Source of the DNA: Candidatus Eiseniibacteriota bacterium
GTDB lineage: Bacteria > Eisenbacteria > RBG-16-71-46 > CAVPCR01
Length of the DNA: 64,000 nt
Direction of reading: 5' to 3'
Assembly: GCA_963823555.1 (NCBI GenBank)
Contig: CAWGMA010000001.1
Coordinates: 96,001 to 160,000, forward strand
Shown here: positions 1 through 11,199 of the stretch, in pieces
Position numbering within the stretch: the first letter of the stretch is position 1
How the letters are laid out: each line of letters opens with the position of its first letter
The notes under the pieces: generated by a model
The model's input: the letters and a program-made list of their open reading frames with translations, nothing else
Told to the model about the DNA's origin: nothing
Databases searched by the model: none
Translations under genes and position numbers: made by a program

Positions 1-1
1 A

Positions 2-955
2 CGCGGTGGCGGTGGGGAGCCGATTCCGGTCTCCACGTGGGTGGTGCAGTCCAAGCCGGTGACGGATCGCGTCGATGCGATCGGCACCATCCAGGCCAAT
101 GAAGAGGTCCAGATCCGGAGCGAGGTCCCCGGTCGCATCGAGCGGGTCGAGTTCCGCGAGGGCTCGCGGGTGGCCCGGGGGGATCTCCTCCTCAAGGTCA
201 ACGACGCCGAGCTCCAGGCTCAGCTGGCCCGCGCCCGGGCGCGGCAGGCGATCGCCGAGTCCGAGGCCGAGCGCCAGCGGCAGCTCTTCGAGAGGGGCCT
301 GACCAGCGATCGCGAGCATTCGGTGGCGGTGAACGAGGCCGACGTGGCCCGGGCTGAGGTGGACCTCATTCGCGCCCAGCTCAGGAAGACCGAGATCCGG
401 GCCCCCTTCGCCGGGGTGATCGGGCTCCGGTCGGTGAGCGAGGGCAGCTATCTCACGCCCGCGACCCTGGTGGCATCGATCCAGGACGACACCCCGGTCA
501 AGATCGACTTCACCGTGCCCGAGCGCTATGCGGGCCGGATCGCCGTCGGCGATCGCATCACGTTCTCGGTGGCCGGGCACACACAGGAGTTCACGGGGAC
601 GATCTATGCACGCGAATCCGCCATCGATCCGGTGACCCGCACCCTGCGCCTGCGGGCCACGAGCCCCAATACCGACGGCGCCCTCATCCCGGGTGCGTTC
701 GCCAACGTCGGGGTGGTGTTCGACGAGCGTGATGCGGTCCAGGTCCCGGCGTTCGCCGTCGTGCCCGAGCTCGGGGGACATCGCGTGTTCGTGGTCCACG
801 ATGGCAAGGCCGTGGGCCGGAGCGTCGACATCGGCACCCGAACCGACGATCGAGTCGAGATCGTGAGTGGACTCGCGGCGGGCGATACGGTCATCACGTC
901 AGCCATCCCGCAGCTCCGGGACGGCTTGCCGGTCCTGATCTCCTCCGACCGGTGA
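2..955 (+). CDS. RND efflux periplasmic adaptor (membrane fusion protein), 5'-truncated by window edge
   Basis: Frame is open from nt 2. Contains MFP motifs (EVPGRIERVEFREGSRVARGDLL, IRAPFAGVIG, RTLRLRA, VEIVSGLAAGD) and lies directly upstream of an RND permease. Confidence 0.92.
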   Translation, partial: RGGGGEPIPVSTWVVQSKPVTDRVDAIGTIQANEEVQIRSEVPGRIERVEFREGSRVARGDLLLKVNDAELQAQLARARARQAIAESEAERQRQLFERGLTSDREHSVAVNEADVARAEVDLIRAQLRKTEIRAPFAGVIGLRSVSEGSYLTPATLVASIQDDTPVKIDFTVPERYAGRIAVGDRITFSVAGHTQEFTGTIYARESAIDPVTRTLRLRATSPNTDGALIPGAFANVGVVFDERDAVQVPAFAVVPELGGHRVFVVHDGKAVGRSVDIGTRTDDRVEIVSGLAAGDTVITSAIPQLRDGLPVLISSDR

Positions 956-967
956 CAAGGAGCCGCC

Positions 968-3900
968 GTGAGCCTCTCCGCCACCTCGATCCAGCGCCCG
1001 GTGCTCACTCTTGTCTTCTCGATCGTCATCGTCATCTTCGGCGTCATCGGGTTCACCTTCCTGGGCGTGCGGGAGTATCCCAACGTCGATCCCGCGGTGA
1101 TCACGGTCACCACCGACTACACGGGGACGAACGCCGACATCATCGATTCCCAGATCACGCAGCCGCTCGAGGAGGATCTGTCGAGCGTGCCGGGGATCCG
1201 GGCCATGAGCTCGGAGAGCCGTGAGGGGCGGAGCCGGATCACGCTCGAGTTCGAGCTGGGCGTGGATCTCGACACCGCCGCCAACGACGTCCGCGACAAG
1301 GTCGCCGGCGGGGTCGGCTCGCTCCCGCCGGATGTCGATCCGCCGCGGGTGGCCAAGGCCGACGCCGATGCCTTCCCGATCGTGGTCCTCAACATATCGA
1401 GCGCCGAGCGCGACCTCCTCCAGCTCAGCGATCTCGCCACCAAGCTGTTCAAGGAGCGCCTGCAGACGATCCCCGGAGTGAGCGAGGTCCGCATCTTCGG
1501 CGAGAAGCGCTATGCGATGCGGCTGTGGATGGATCCGGAGAAACTCGCCGCCCACGGCGTGACCGTGGGTGATGTGCGGGCGGCGCTGACGGCCGAGAAC
1601 GTCGAGCTGCCCTCGGGGCGGATCGAGGGCAATGACGTCGAGCTCCCGATCCGGACCCTGAGCCGGCTCACGACCTCCGAGCAGTTCAACGACCTCATCG
1701 TGCGCGAGGACGACGGGCGCATTCTCCGTTTCCGCGATGTCGGCACCGCGGAGCTCGGTCCCGAGAACGAGCGCCAGGTATCGAAGGGGCTGGCCGGTCC
1801 CCGGGTCGCGGTGGCCCTCATCCCGCAGCCGGGCTCGAACCACATCGCGATCGCCGACGAGTTCAACCGCCGGCTAGAGCTCCTCGAGCAAGAGGCGCCC
1901 GACGACATCGTCCTCGGCGTGGCCTGGGACACCACGCGCTACATCCGCAAGTCGATCCACGAGGTGGGGGAGACGCTCGTTACCGCCTTCATCCTCGTCG
2001 TGCTCATCATCTTCGCCTTCCTGCGCGACTGGCGGACGACCTTGATTCCGGCCCTGGCGATCCCCATCTCGCTCATCGGGGCCTTCGCCGTCATGTACTT
2101 CGCCGGGTTCTCGATCAACGTCTTGACGCTCCTCGGGCTCGTGCTCGCCATCGGCCTCGTTGTCGATGATGCGATCGTCATGCTCGAGAACATCTATGCC
2201 AAGGTCGAGGCCGGGATGGCGCCCATTGCGGCGGCGCTCGCCGGGTCGCGCGAGGTCTTCTTCGCCATCATCGCGACGACCATCGCACTCGTGGCCGTGT
2301 TCATGCCGCTCGTGTTCCTGCAGGGGTTGACCGGCCGGCTGTTCCGGGAGTTCGGGGTCGTGATCGGCGGCGCGGTCGTGGTTTCATCCTTCGTGGCGCT
2401 GACCTTGACGCCGATGCTGAGCTCGCGTCTCCTCAAGCCCCACGCCCGCCACTCCTGGCTATACCGCCGCACCGAACCCTTCTTCGAGCAGATGAACGCC
2501 GGGTACGGCCGGCTCCTCGCCGGCTTCCTCCGCCGGCGCTGGGTGGCGGCCGCGATCATCGTCGTCGCCGCCGGGCTGTCCTGGTTCTTCCTGGCGCGGT
2601 TGCCGCGGGAGCTGGCGCCACTCGAGGACCGGAGCCGGCTCCGCATCACGGCGACCGCACCCGAGGGCACGTCCTTCGAGCGCATGGATCGCTACATGGA
2701 CTCGGTGGTGGATCTGGTCCGGAGGGAGGTGCCGGAGGCCGATGTGGTCCTGGCCAACACATCCGGCTACGCCGGCGGGGCCAACGCCGGCAACTGCACG
2801 GTGACCCTGGTCGAGCCGGAGGATCGCGAGCGCTCGCAGCAGGAGATCGCCGCCGCCCTCTCCGGATCCCTGCGCCGGCTGACCGATGCCCGCACCTTCA
2901 TCACCCAGGAACAGTCGATCAGCGTGGGCGGTGGGAGGGCGCGCTTCGGGCTTCCGGTGCAGTACGTGGTCCAGGCGCCGACGATCGAGAAGCTCGAGCA
3001 GATCCTGCCCCGGTTCATGGACGAGGCCGGAGCCCGCCCCGAGTTCGACGCCGTGGATCTGAACCTCAAGTTCAACAAGCCCGAGCTCCTGATCGAGATC
3101 GACCGCGACCGCGCCCGGGCCCTCGGCGTGTCGGTGCGGGACGTGGCCCAGACGCTGCAGCTCGCGCTCAGCGGCCAGCGCTACGGCTACTTCAACATGG
3201 AGGGGAAGCAGTACCAGGTCATCGGACAGCTCAGGCGCGTCAATCGCAACGACCCGCAGGACCTGGCATCGATCTTCGTGCGGAGTGGGGATGGCCATCT
3301 CGTCCCGCTGGACAACGTGATCCGGATGAGCGAGCACTCGAATCCCCCCGAGCTCTATCGCTTCGATCGCTATGTCTCGGCGACCGTGTCGGCCGGCCTG
3401 GCGCCCGGCTACACGCTGGGCGACGGCATCGCCGCGATGGACGAGATCGCAGCCCGGGTGCTCGATGAGTCCTACCGGACGTCCCTCGCCGGCGCCGCCC
3501 GCGATTTCTCGGAGAGCTCCTCGAGCCTGGTCTTCGTCTTCATCCTCGCGCTCGTGCTCACGTACCTGGTGCTGGCAGCCCAGTTCGAGAGCTTCCGGGA
3601 CCCCTTCATCACCATGCTCACGGTGCCGCTGGCGGTGGCCGGAGCGTTGCTCTCGCTCTGGTATTTCAATCAGACCATCAATATCTTCAGCCAGATCGGG
3701 ATCATCATGCTGATCGGGCTGGTGACCAAGAACGGCATCCTGATCGTCGAGTTCGCGAACCAGCGGAAGATCGCCGGCATGCCCCGGGCCGAGGCCATCC
3801 GGAGCGCGGCCGTGGCGCGTTTCCGGCCCATTCTCATGACGAGCTTCTCGACCATCCTCGGGATCCTGCCCGTGGCGCTCGGGCTCGGCGCCGGTTCCGA

Positions 3901-4066
3901 GAGCCGGGTCAGCATGGGGATCGCCGTCGTCGGGGGAATGGTCTTCGCGACCGGTCTCACGCTGTTCGTGGTCCCGGCGGTCTATGCGGTCCTGGCGCGG
4001 GAGACCGCGGGCGCGCCGCCGCGAGCTGTTGCGGGCGAGACGACCGAAGCGCTACTCGTACCGTAG
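968..4066 (+). CDS. AcrB/AcrD/AcrF family RND efflux permease
   Basis: 1032 aa with GLVVDDAIVMLENI, TKNGILIVEFA and RFRPILMT motifs; 12-TM RND pattern. Confidence 0.96.
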   Translation: MSLSATSIQRPVLTLVFSIVIVIFGVIGFTFLGVREYPNVDPAVITVTTDYTGTNADIIDSQITQPLEEDLSSVPGIRAMSSESREGRSRITLEFELGVDLDTAANDVRDKVAGGVGSLPPDVDPPRVAKADADAFPIVVLNISSAERDLLQLSDLATKLFKERLQTIPGVSEVRIFGEKRYAMRLWMDPEKLAAHGVTVGDVRAALTAENVELPSGRIEGNDVELPIRTLSRLTTSEQFNDLIVREDDGRILRFRDVGTAELGPENERQVSKGLAGPRVAVALIPQPGSNHIAIADEFNRRLELLEQEAPDDIVLGVAWDTTRYIRKSIHEVGETLVTAFILVVLIIFAFLRDWRTTLIPALAIPISLIGAFAVMYFAGFSINVLTLLGLVLAIGLVVDDAIVMLENIYAKVEAGMAPIAAALAGSREVFFAIIATTIALVAVFMPLVFLQGLTGRLFREFGVVIGGAVVVSSFVALTLTPMLSSRLLKPHARHSWLYRRTEPFFEQMNAGYGRLLAGFLRRRWVAAAIIVVAAGLSWFFLARLPRELAPLEDRSRLRITATAPEGTSFERMDRYMDSVVDLVRREVPEADVVLANTSGYAGGANAGNCTVTLVEPEDRERSQQEIAAALSGSLRRLTDARTFITQEQSISVGGGRARFGLPVQYVVQAPTIEKLEQILPRFMDEAGARPEFDAVDLNLKFNKPELLIEIDRDRARALGVSVRDVAQTLQLALSGQRYGYFNMEGKQYQVIGQLRRVNRNDPQDLASIFVRSGDGHLVPLDNVIRMSEHSNPPELYRFDRYVSATVSAGLAPGYTLGDGIAAMDEIAARVLDESYRTSLAGAARDFSESSSSLVFVFILALVLTYLVLAAQFESFRDPFITMLTVPLAVAGALLSLWYFNQTINIFSQIGIIMLIGLVTKNGILIVEFANQRKIAGMPRAEAIRSAAVARFRPILMTSFSTILGILPVALGLGAGSESRVSMGIAVVGGMVFATGLTLFVVPAVYAVLARETAGAPPRAVAGETTEALLVP

Positions 4067-5347
4067 CGCGGCGATCGGGTCGAGGCGGGCGGCGCGGCGC
4101 GCCGGCACGATGCCGAAGAAGAGACCCACCGCCACGCTGAAGAGGAAAGCGAGACCGATGGCCGCGGGCGACAGCGAGGTGTTCCATCCGGCGAGGCGGC
4201 TGAGCAGCATCGAGGCGGTGGCGCCGCCGGCGATGCCGAGGACGCCGCCGAGGAGGCAGATCGTGAGCGCCTCGATCAGGAACTGGAGGAGGATCGTCGA
4301 GCGGGTGGCGCCGATCGCCATCCGGATCCCGATCTCGCGCGTGCGCTCGGTCACCGAGACCAGCATGATGTTCATGATGCCGATGCCGCCGACGAGGAGG
4401 CTCACGCCGGCCACCGCGGCGAGGAGGAAGGAGAGAGTGCGGGTCGTGTCCTGAGCGGTGGTCAAGAGCTCGGCCCGGTTCCGGATCCGGAAGTCCGAGG
4501 GCTGGTCCGGGCGCAGGTGGTGCTCGCGGCGGATCACCTTCTCGATCTCGAGCATCCCCTGCTCGGGGCTGGCGTCGGGCGCCAGCTTGACGTTGATCAC
4601 GCGCAACCTGTCGTCACCGGCCACGCGATACTGCGCCGTCGAGATGGGAATCACGATCTGATCGTCGGGGTTCATCCAGCCCTGCTGCCCCTTGCGCTTG
4701 AGAATGCCGAGCACCTCGAAGCTCAGGCCCCGGATGCGGATGGTCCGACCCAGGATGTCGGCGGGCTTCATGTTCAGTGCCTCGAGAACATCGGGTCCGA
4801 CGACGGCGACTCGGCGCCGGGCCTCGACATCCTTGGCGTCGAAGAAGTGCCCGCGATCCAGCTCGAAGCGGTTGACCGCGAGATAGCTCGGGGTGGTGCC
4901 GACCACCATGGTCTCGGCGTTCTTGTTCAGGTACTCGACCTGCACCGAGCGCGAGAGCTCGGGAGCGATATCGACGACACTCGGGCTCCGCTCGAGGATG
5001 GCGTAGGCGTCATCGATCGTGAGATCCACGTCGGCTCGCGACACCCCCCTCCTCATGTGATGTCCGCCCATGACGCTCAGGACATCGGTGCCGAGGGCGG
5101 CAATGCGCTCCTCGACGGCGCGGCGGGCGCCCTGGCCGAGGGCGATCATCGTGATCACGGCGCCGACGCCGATGATGACGCCGAGCATGGTGAGGAGCGA
5201 GCGGAGCTTGTTGGCGCCGATGGCGGCCATGGCGACGCCGAGGATCTCGGGCAGGAGCGCGCCGATGGGCGGGCGCCGGATCCGCCGGCCCGCGTGCTCG
5301 GGGATGCGTGGCGCCGCCGGGGCGGCGAGGGCGGGAGGATGCGCCAT
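4052..5347 (-). CDS. MacB/FtsX-type ABC transporter permease (no ATPase domain)
   Basis: RSLLTMLGVIIGV, GGIGIMNIMLVSVTERTREIGIRMAIGA and C-terminal PIAALRYE; no Walker motifs. Confidence 0.95.
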   Translation of the reverse strand: MAHPPALAAPAAPRIPEHAGRRIRRPPIGALLPEILGVAMAAIGANKLRSLLTMLGVIIGVGAVITMIALGQGARRAVEERIAALGTDVLSVMGGHHMRRGVSRADVDLTIDDAYAILERSPSVVDIAPELSRSVQVEYLNKNAETMVVGTTPSYLAVNRFELDRGHFFDAKDVEARRRVAVVGPDVLEALNMKPADILGRTIRIRGLSFEVLGILKRKGQQGWMNPDDQIVIPISTAQYRVAGDDRLRVINVKLAPDASPEQGMLEIEKVIRREHHLRPDQPSDFRIRNRAELLTTAQDTTRTLSFLLAAVAGVSLLVGGIGIMNIMLVSVTERTREIGIRMAIGATRSTILLQFLIEALTICLLGGVLGIAGGATASMLLSRLAGWNTSLSPAAIGLAFLFSVAVGLFFGIVPARRAARLDPIAALRYE

Positions 5348-5349
5348 GG

Positions 5350-6810
5350 CTACCGGCCTCCCTGGCCCTGACCTTGCTGCTGCTGTCGTTGCAGTCCAGG
5401 GACGCCCGTCACGTTCTGGATCCGCTGGCGGAAACGGGCCTGGTCCTGGAGGGTCTGGGTGCTCGGCAACAGGGCCACCTTCTCGCCCTCGTCGAGCCCG
5501 GAGAGGATCTCGGTATCATCCCAGTTACGAACCCCGATCGTGACCGGGTGCGCCACGAGATGGTCGCCGTCGACCACGAAGACGAACGCTTCGCGGCCGG
5601 TCCGCCCCGCTTCGCGCCGCCCACCGCCGCCCTGGCCGGCGGGCGCCGCCTCGGCCGTGCCCGGTCGCCCGCCCTCATGATTGCCTCGTCCCCCGGCGCC
5701 ATCGGTTCGTCTCCCGCCGGCATCGCCTCGTTCCCCGCCGGCATCGCCTTCCGATTCCAGGCCTGCCACCTGGATGCCGAGGGCGGCCGCGGTCTGGCGG
5801 GCCTCGACCGGCGTCCGCACCGCCTCGTTGGGCACCGTGAGGGCGGCGTCGCGGCGGTGGATCTCGATCTCCACCTCGCAGTTCATCCCGGGCAAGAGCA
5901 AGCCGCGATCGTTCGGGATGCGCACCAGCACCGGGAAGGTGGTCACGTTCTGCTCGACCACGGCCGCGGGCTCCACCTTGAGCACGGTGCCCGTGAAGTG
6001 CACGTTGGGATAGGCATCGACGACGATGCCGGCCTCCTGACCCTCGTGGATGCGGCCGATGTCGGTCTCGTCGACGAGCGTGCGCACCTGGACCTCATCG
6101 AGATCGGCCATGCGCATGAGCGTGGTGCCCCCGGTCACCTGCGACGTCGCCGAGCTGATGATCTGTCCCTCCTCGACGCTCTTCTCGATGATGACGCCGG
6201 CCGAGGGGGCGCGCACGGTGGCCTCGATGAGTCGCTCCCTGGCCAGGTCGAGATCGATCTCCGCCTTGACCAGGGCGGCGCGGGCGTTGGCGTGATCGAG
6301 GACGACCTGCTCGTGTTCCTCGCTCGACACCACCTCGCGTGCCAGGAGCTGCTTCGAGCGCTCGAGCCGGCCCCCGACGATCCTGAACCCGGCCTGGGCG
6401 ACTTCGAGCTCCGCCTCGGCGCGGGCCACCCCGTTCTTCGGATCCTTGGGATCGATCTGGGCGAGGAGCGCTCCCTTCTCGACGCGGTCGCCGGATTCCA
6501 CGGGCAGCCTCAAGATCTCACCCGAGGCCTTCGATTTGACCTCGACGATGCGCACCGGTTCGAGCACGCCGGTCGCCGCCGCGGAGACGATGAGATCCTT
6601 GCGCGCCACCGAGCCAACTTGATAGGCGCGGGCGGCTCCGCCGGAGGGTTCCCCGTTCTTCCTCCCGCCGCAGCCGGCAGTGGTGAGTACCGCCACGCCG
6701 AGGAGCGAGGCCATGAAGAGGGTGAGCGACGGCCAGGCAAAACTCCGGCACGGTGACAGAGGCCTCGCCGGGGCCTGGCGACGGGCGCCCTGGAGACAGG
6801 AATCGAACAC
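5350..6810 (-). CDS. MacA-like periplasmic adaptor subunit (true start may be near 6714, lipoprotein-type signal ending in TAGC)
   Basis: VEVKSKASGEI, VRAPSAGVII, VDETDIGRI and LLPGMN motifs; adjacent to the MacB-type permease. Confidence 0.9.
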   Translation of the reverse strand: MFDSCLQGARRQAPARPLSPCRSFAWPSLTLFMASLLGVAVLTTAGCGGRKNGEPSGGAARAYQVGSVARKDLIVSAAATGVLEPVRIVEVKSKASGEILRLPVESGDRVEKGALLAQIDPKDPKNGVARAEAELEVAQAGFRIVGGRLERSKQLLAREVVSSEEHEQVVLDHANARAALVKAEIDLDLARERLIEATVRAPSAGVIIEKSVEEGQIISSATSQVTGGTTLMRMADLDEVQVRTLVDETDIGRIHEGQEAGIVVDAYPNVHFTGTVLKVEPAAVVEQNVTTFPVLVRIPNDRGLLLPGMNCEVEIEIHRRDAALTVPNEAVRTPVEARQTAAALGIQVAGLESEGDAGGERGDAGGRRTDGAGGRGNHEGGRPGTAEAAPAGQGGGGRREAGRTGREAFVFVVDGDHLVAHPVTIGVRNWDDTEILSGLDEGEKVALLPSTQTLQDQARFRQRIQNVTGVPGLQRQQQQGQGQGGR

Positions 6811-6978
6811 GGATCACCTCGGAAAGGGGCAAGAGCACCTGGGGGGCCGGCTCAACCGGCTGACCATGAAGACACCGCCCGGGGAGCGGGCGTTGAATGG
6901 GCCGCGATCTCTCCTCGTGGCTCAGGCTACGCCGGGAGCGTAGCACAGGGCGGGGAATGGTCCGGACGTGCCCCGGCC

Positions 6979-7019
6979 GGAAAGCGGGACGCCGGAAGCC
7001 TCAAGAGGCCACCGGCGTC
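6979..7019 (-). terminator. Candidate intrinsic terminator
   Basis: Minus strand reads GACGCCGG-tg-GCCT-cttg-AGGC-tt-CCGGCGTC followed by ccgctttcc, the same short tail style as the hairpin at 49025-49066. Confidence 0.55.
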
Positions 7020-7548
7020 TCGTGTCCTTATCCCCGCCGTCCCGCGGACTGGCTCTCGGGTTCTCGGTCCCGATCGAGTGCGCGAAGCACTCAGTGCCTG
7101 CTAAGGCTCCGGGTGAACGTTCGAGCTCCCGCTCGCGGGACATGAGGGGCTATGTGGTGTGGGTCCAGAGGAGTCGATTGGTTCGCACCCTCCTTTCCGC
7201 TCTCGAGCTCAGCGTTTCGCGGCAGCGTGGTGCGAGCGGGTTACCGGCCCACTCGCTGGCCGCTCACGTTGGGATCGCGCATCCGTTCCAGGCCGCCGGC
7301 GGTAAGTCCGACAGTGTGGCGTTCTTCGCCCCCTGCCGGTCCGGCGGTTGCCGTGATGCACACCCGCGGCAACGCCGAGCGAGTCTCGTCCGGGCCTTCC
7401 ATTATCAAGCCCCCCCGGTTCCGCCGCTTCGTAGCCCCGATGCCCACTTGTAGGCTGTCCGGCAACGAAAGCGTTCCGGACCGGGTCCGGTTCACGATGA
7501 CGGTCGGGCCGCGGGGGATTCAACCCATTCCACGATCCGCCCGGACGT
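6980..7548 (-). ncRNA. Candidate long structured non-coding RNA (unidentified family)
   Basis: No credible ORF and many stem-loops. Bounded by a sigma54-type promoter (7559-7574) and a terminator-like hairpin (6979-7019). No match by eye to tmRNA, RNase P or SRP signatures. Confidence 0.4.
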
Positions 7549-7558
7549 TCATAAGTTT

Positions 7559-7574
7559 TGCACATGTCGTGCCG
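7559..7574 (-). promoter_or_regulatory. sigma54 (-24/-12) promoter candidate
   Basis: Minus strand reads CGGCACGACATGTGCA, i.e. GG-N10-GC with the GGCACG core, followed by AT-rich AAACTTAT. Confidence 0.6.
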
Positions 7575-7784
7575 CCGGGCAATACCGGCGTGTGCCCGGT
7601 CGAGTCAACTCGATCGGCAGCCGGGCGCCTCGCCATGTGTCGGTCCCGCCATCATCAAGAGCTCGGAGTACGGCTCGGCGCCCGCGCCACTTGCTCGAAT
7701 GGGACCAGATCGATACAGAGGCTCGATCCGTTCGGTGGACAAAATGACCGCGGGCCAAACCGGGGGCTCGCCTTCGTGTCCTGC

Positions 7785-9519
<1,735 letters not shown>

Positions 9520-9636
9520 TGGTCCCGTCCTTGTCTGGCGAATGGGCTCGATGGATGCAAAGTCTACTCAAGCCGCTACCTGCCTGGCAAGGACGCTCGC
9601 CTGTCTGAACGGGTCAACGCAAGCCCTGGAGTCGCC

Positions 9637-11199
9637 CTAGGGTACGGTCGCCGGTTCGGCCACGGGCTGTGGCGCCGGGAGCTCGAGGCAAGATCTCACG
9701 TCGGGGGCCCGGATGTAGGCGGGCGGCCGATCGTAGTTGCACATGACGAAGCCGAGGGTCGAGGGCGCCGCCAGATTGCCGTGCGTCCCGGCGAGATCGA
9801 CCACGAAGTCGAAGAACTTGCTGCCGTAGAAGTGCGTCTCGTCGAAGCTCAGGAGCACCGTGGCGGTGTTGTCGACATGGTTCGTGGCGCCCTCGAACAC
9901 GCGGCGCACCGCATCGGGGTAGTAGTGGCTCGTCGTGTGCTCGAACCAGTCGGCGTCGGCCACCATGCCGCGCTCATCGACGAGCCCCTCCGCCGCCAGG
10001 TTGCGAGCGATCGCGGCGAGCCCGAGCGGATCGCCCTCCTCGGCCGCGTAGCGATAGCGGTTCGCCGCCGGGTCCAAGGTGATGCGCGCCCGCCCGCGGC
10101 CGCCTGAAGCCAGCACCCGCGCCGCCCCCTCCTCGGCGTAGACCGCGAGATCGACGCCCGGGATCGAGAGCGCCGATTCGGCGAAGGCGGCGGCCCGGGT
10201 CGAATCGAGGTAGGCGGCGGCGAAGCCGACGAGCCCGTAGGCCGGGATCACCACCGACGTCGAATCGATGACGCGATCGGCGAGCTTGAATCCGCGGGCC
10301 GCGAGCTCTTGTTCGAGATCGATGCGATGGTTCGGCGTGTAGTTGTTGCCGTGATCCGAACCGAACACGATCCTCAGGTGCCCGCGGTGCGCAAAGATGA
10401 ACTCGCGGAGCAGACGGTCGATCTCGACGAGGATATCGCGGATCCCGGCTTCGCCCAGCTTGTGCGCCACACCGTCGGTGGTTCCCATGTAGGCGATGGC
10501 CAGGTTGGCCCCGTTGGAGTCGAAGTGGTGCATGGCGTTCTTGAGATCCTGGCGCGCCGTCGTATGGGTCGTGAAGTAGATGAGCCCCGAGTAGAGCGAG
10601 GGCTGCTTGTAGCCGAAGACCTTGAGGAACGACTCGTTCTTCTTGACGTTGTACTCCTCGTCGAAGCCGAGGTGGGCCCCGAGGCCGCCCTTGAGCTCGT
10701 TCTTCGCGCGGTCGTAGTAGAGCTCCTCGTAGCCGGGCGGCACCGGGGTGCCGAGCATCTGCGAGAAGCTGAGATACGTCATGGACGGGAAGGGGCTCAC
10801 CATGGCGCTCGGCGGGAAGAACTCGCGAAAGTAGCCCTCTTCCCACATCGCCTTGAGCTGCCGGTCGGGGATGCCGTCGACGAAGAAGATGAAGGTGCGG
10901 TCGTTCTCGACGCTCATGCCCTCGCGGCTGGTCACGTAGTCCGGGGCGCCGTCATCGTTGGTGTCGAACTGGTACAGATCGACGGTCCCATCCCCATCCC
11001 GGTCGATCTCCCAGAAGTCGTCCCGGCCGTCCTCGTCGATGTCGTAGACCCACTCGCCGCCGGCCGGCGACACCGCCTCGATGGGGTCGAACTGGCGGGT
11101 GGCGAACTTCGGGGCGCAGCCGGCGGCGAGGACGAGGCCGAGGGCAAGCGCGGCGACCTCGGCTCGAGCAACGGCTGCGATCGGACGGCGCCCCGCCAT
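9637..11199 (-). CDS. Alkaline-phosphatase-superfamily (nucleotide pyrophosphatase/phosphodiesterase-like) lipoprotein with N-terminal DxDxDG repeats
   Basis: Lipobox LAAGC. Metal/catalytic motifs VDG, FPSMT, TDGVAH, SDHG and GTHG. Three Dx(D/N)xDG loops. The start overlaps the upstream stop (TGATG). Confidence 0.75.
   Translation of the reverse strand: MAGRRPIAAVARAEVAALALGLVLAAGCAPKFATRQFDPIEAVSPAGGEWVYDIDEDGRDDFWEIDRDGDGTVDLYQFDTNDDGAPDYVTSREGMSVENDRTFIFFVDGIPDRQLKAMWEEGYFREFFPPSAMVSPFPSMTYLSFSQMLGTPVPPGYEELYYDRAKNELKGGLGAHLGFDEEYNVKKNESFLKVFGYKQPSLYSGLIYFTTHTTARQDLKNAMHHFDSNGANLAIAYMGTTDGVAHKLGEAGIRDILVEIDRLLREFIFAHRGHLRIVFGSDHGNNYTPNHRIDLEQELAARGFKLADRVIDSTSVVIPAYGLVGFAAAYLDSTRAAAFAESALSIPGVDLAVYAEEGAARVLASGGRGRARITLDPAANRYRYAAEEGDPLGLAAIARNLAAEGLVDERGMVADADWFEHTTSHYYPDAVRRVFEGATNHVDNTATVLLSFDETHFYGSKFFDFVVDLAGTHGNLAAPSTLGFVMCNYDRPPAYIRAPDVRSCLELPAPQPVAEPATVP

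Noticed and set aside
6980..7620. tmRNA, RNase P, SRP, 6S, raiA-motif or group II intron identity for the intergenic region
   Set aside because: No TTCGA..CCA tRNA-like end, no GAGGAAAGTCC, no SRP GGAA domain and no intron domain V. Short raiA-like words (GTAAGTCC, GTGTGGG) occur in the wrong order.
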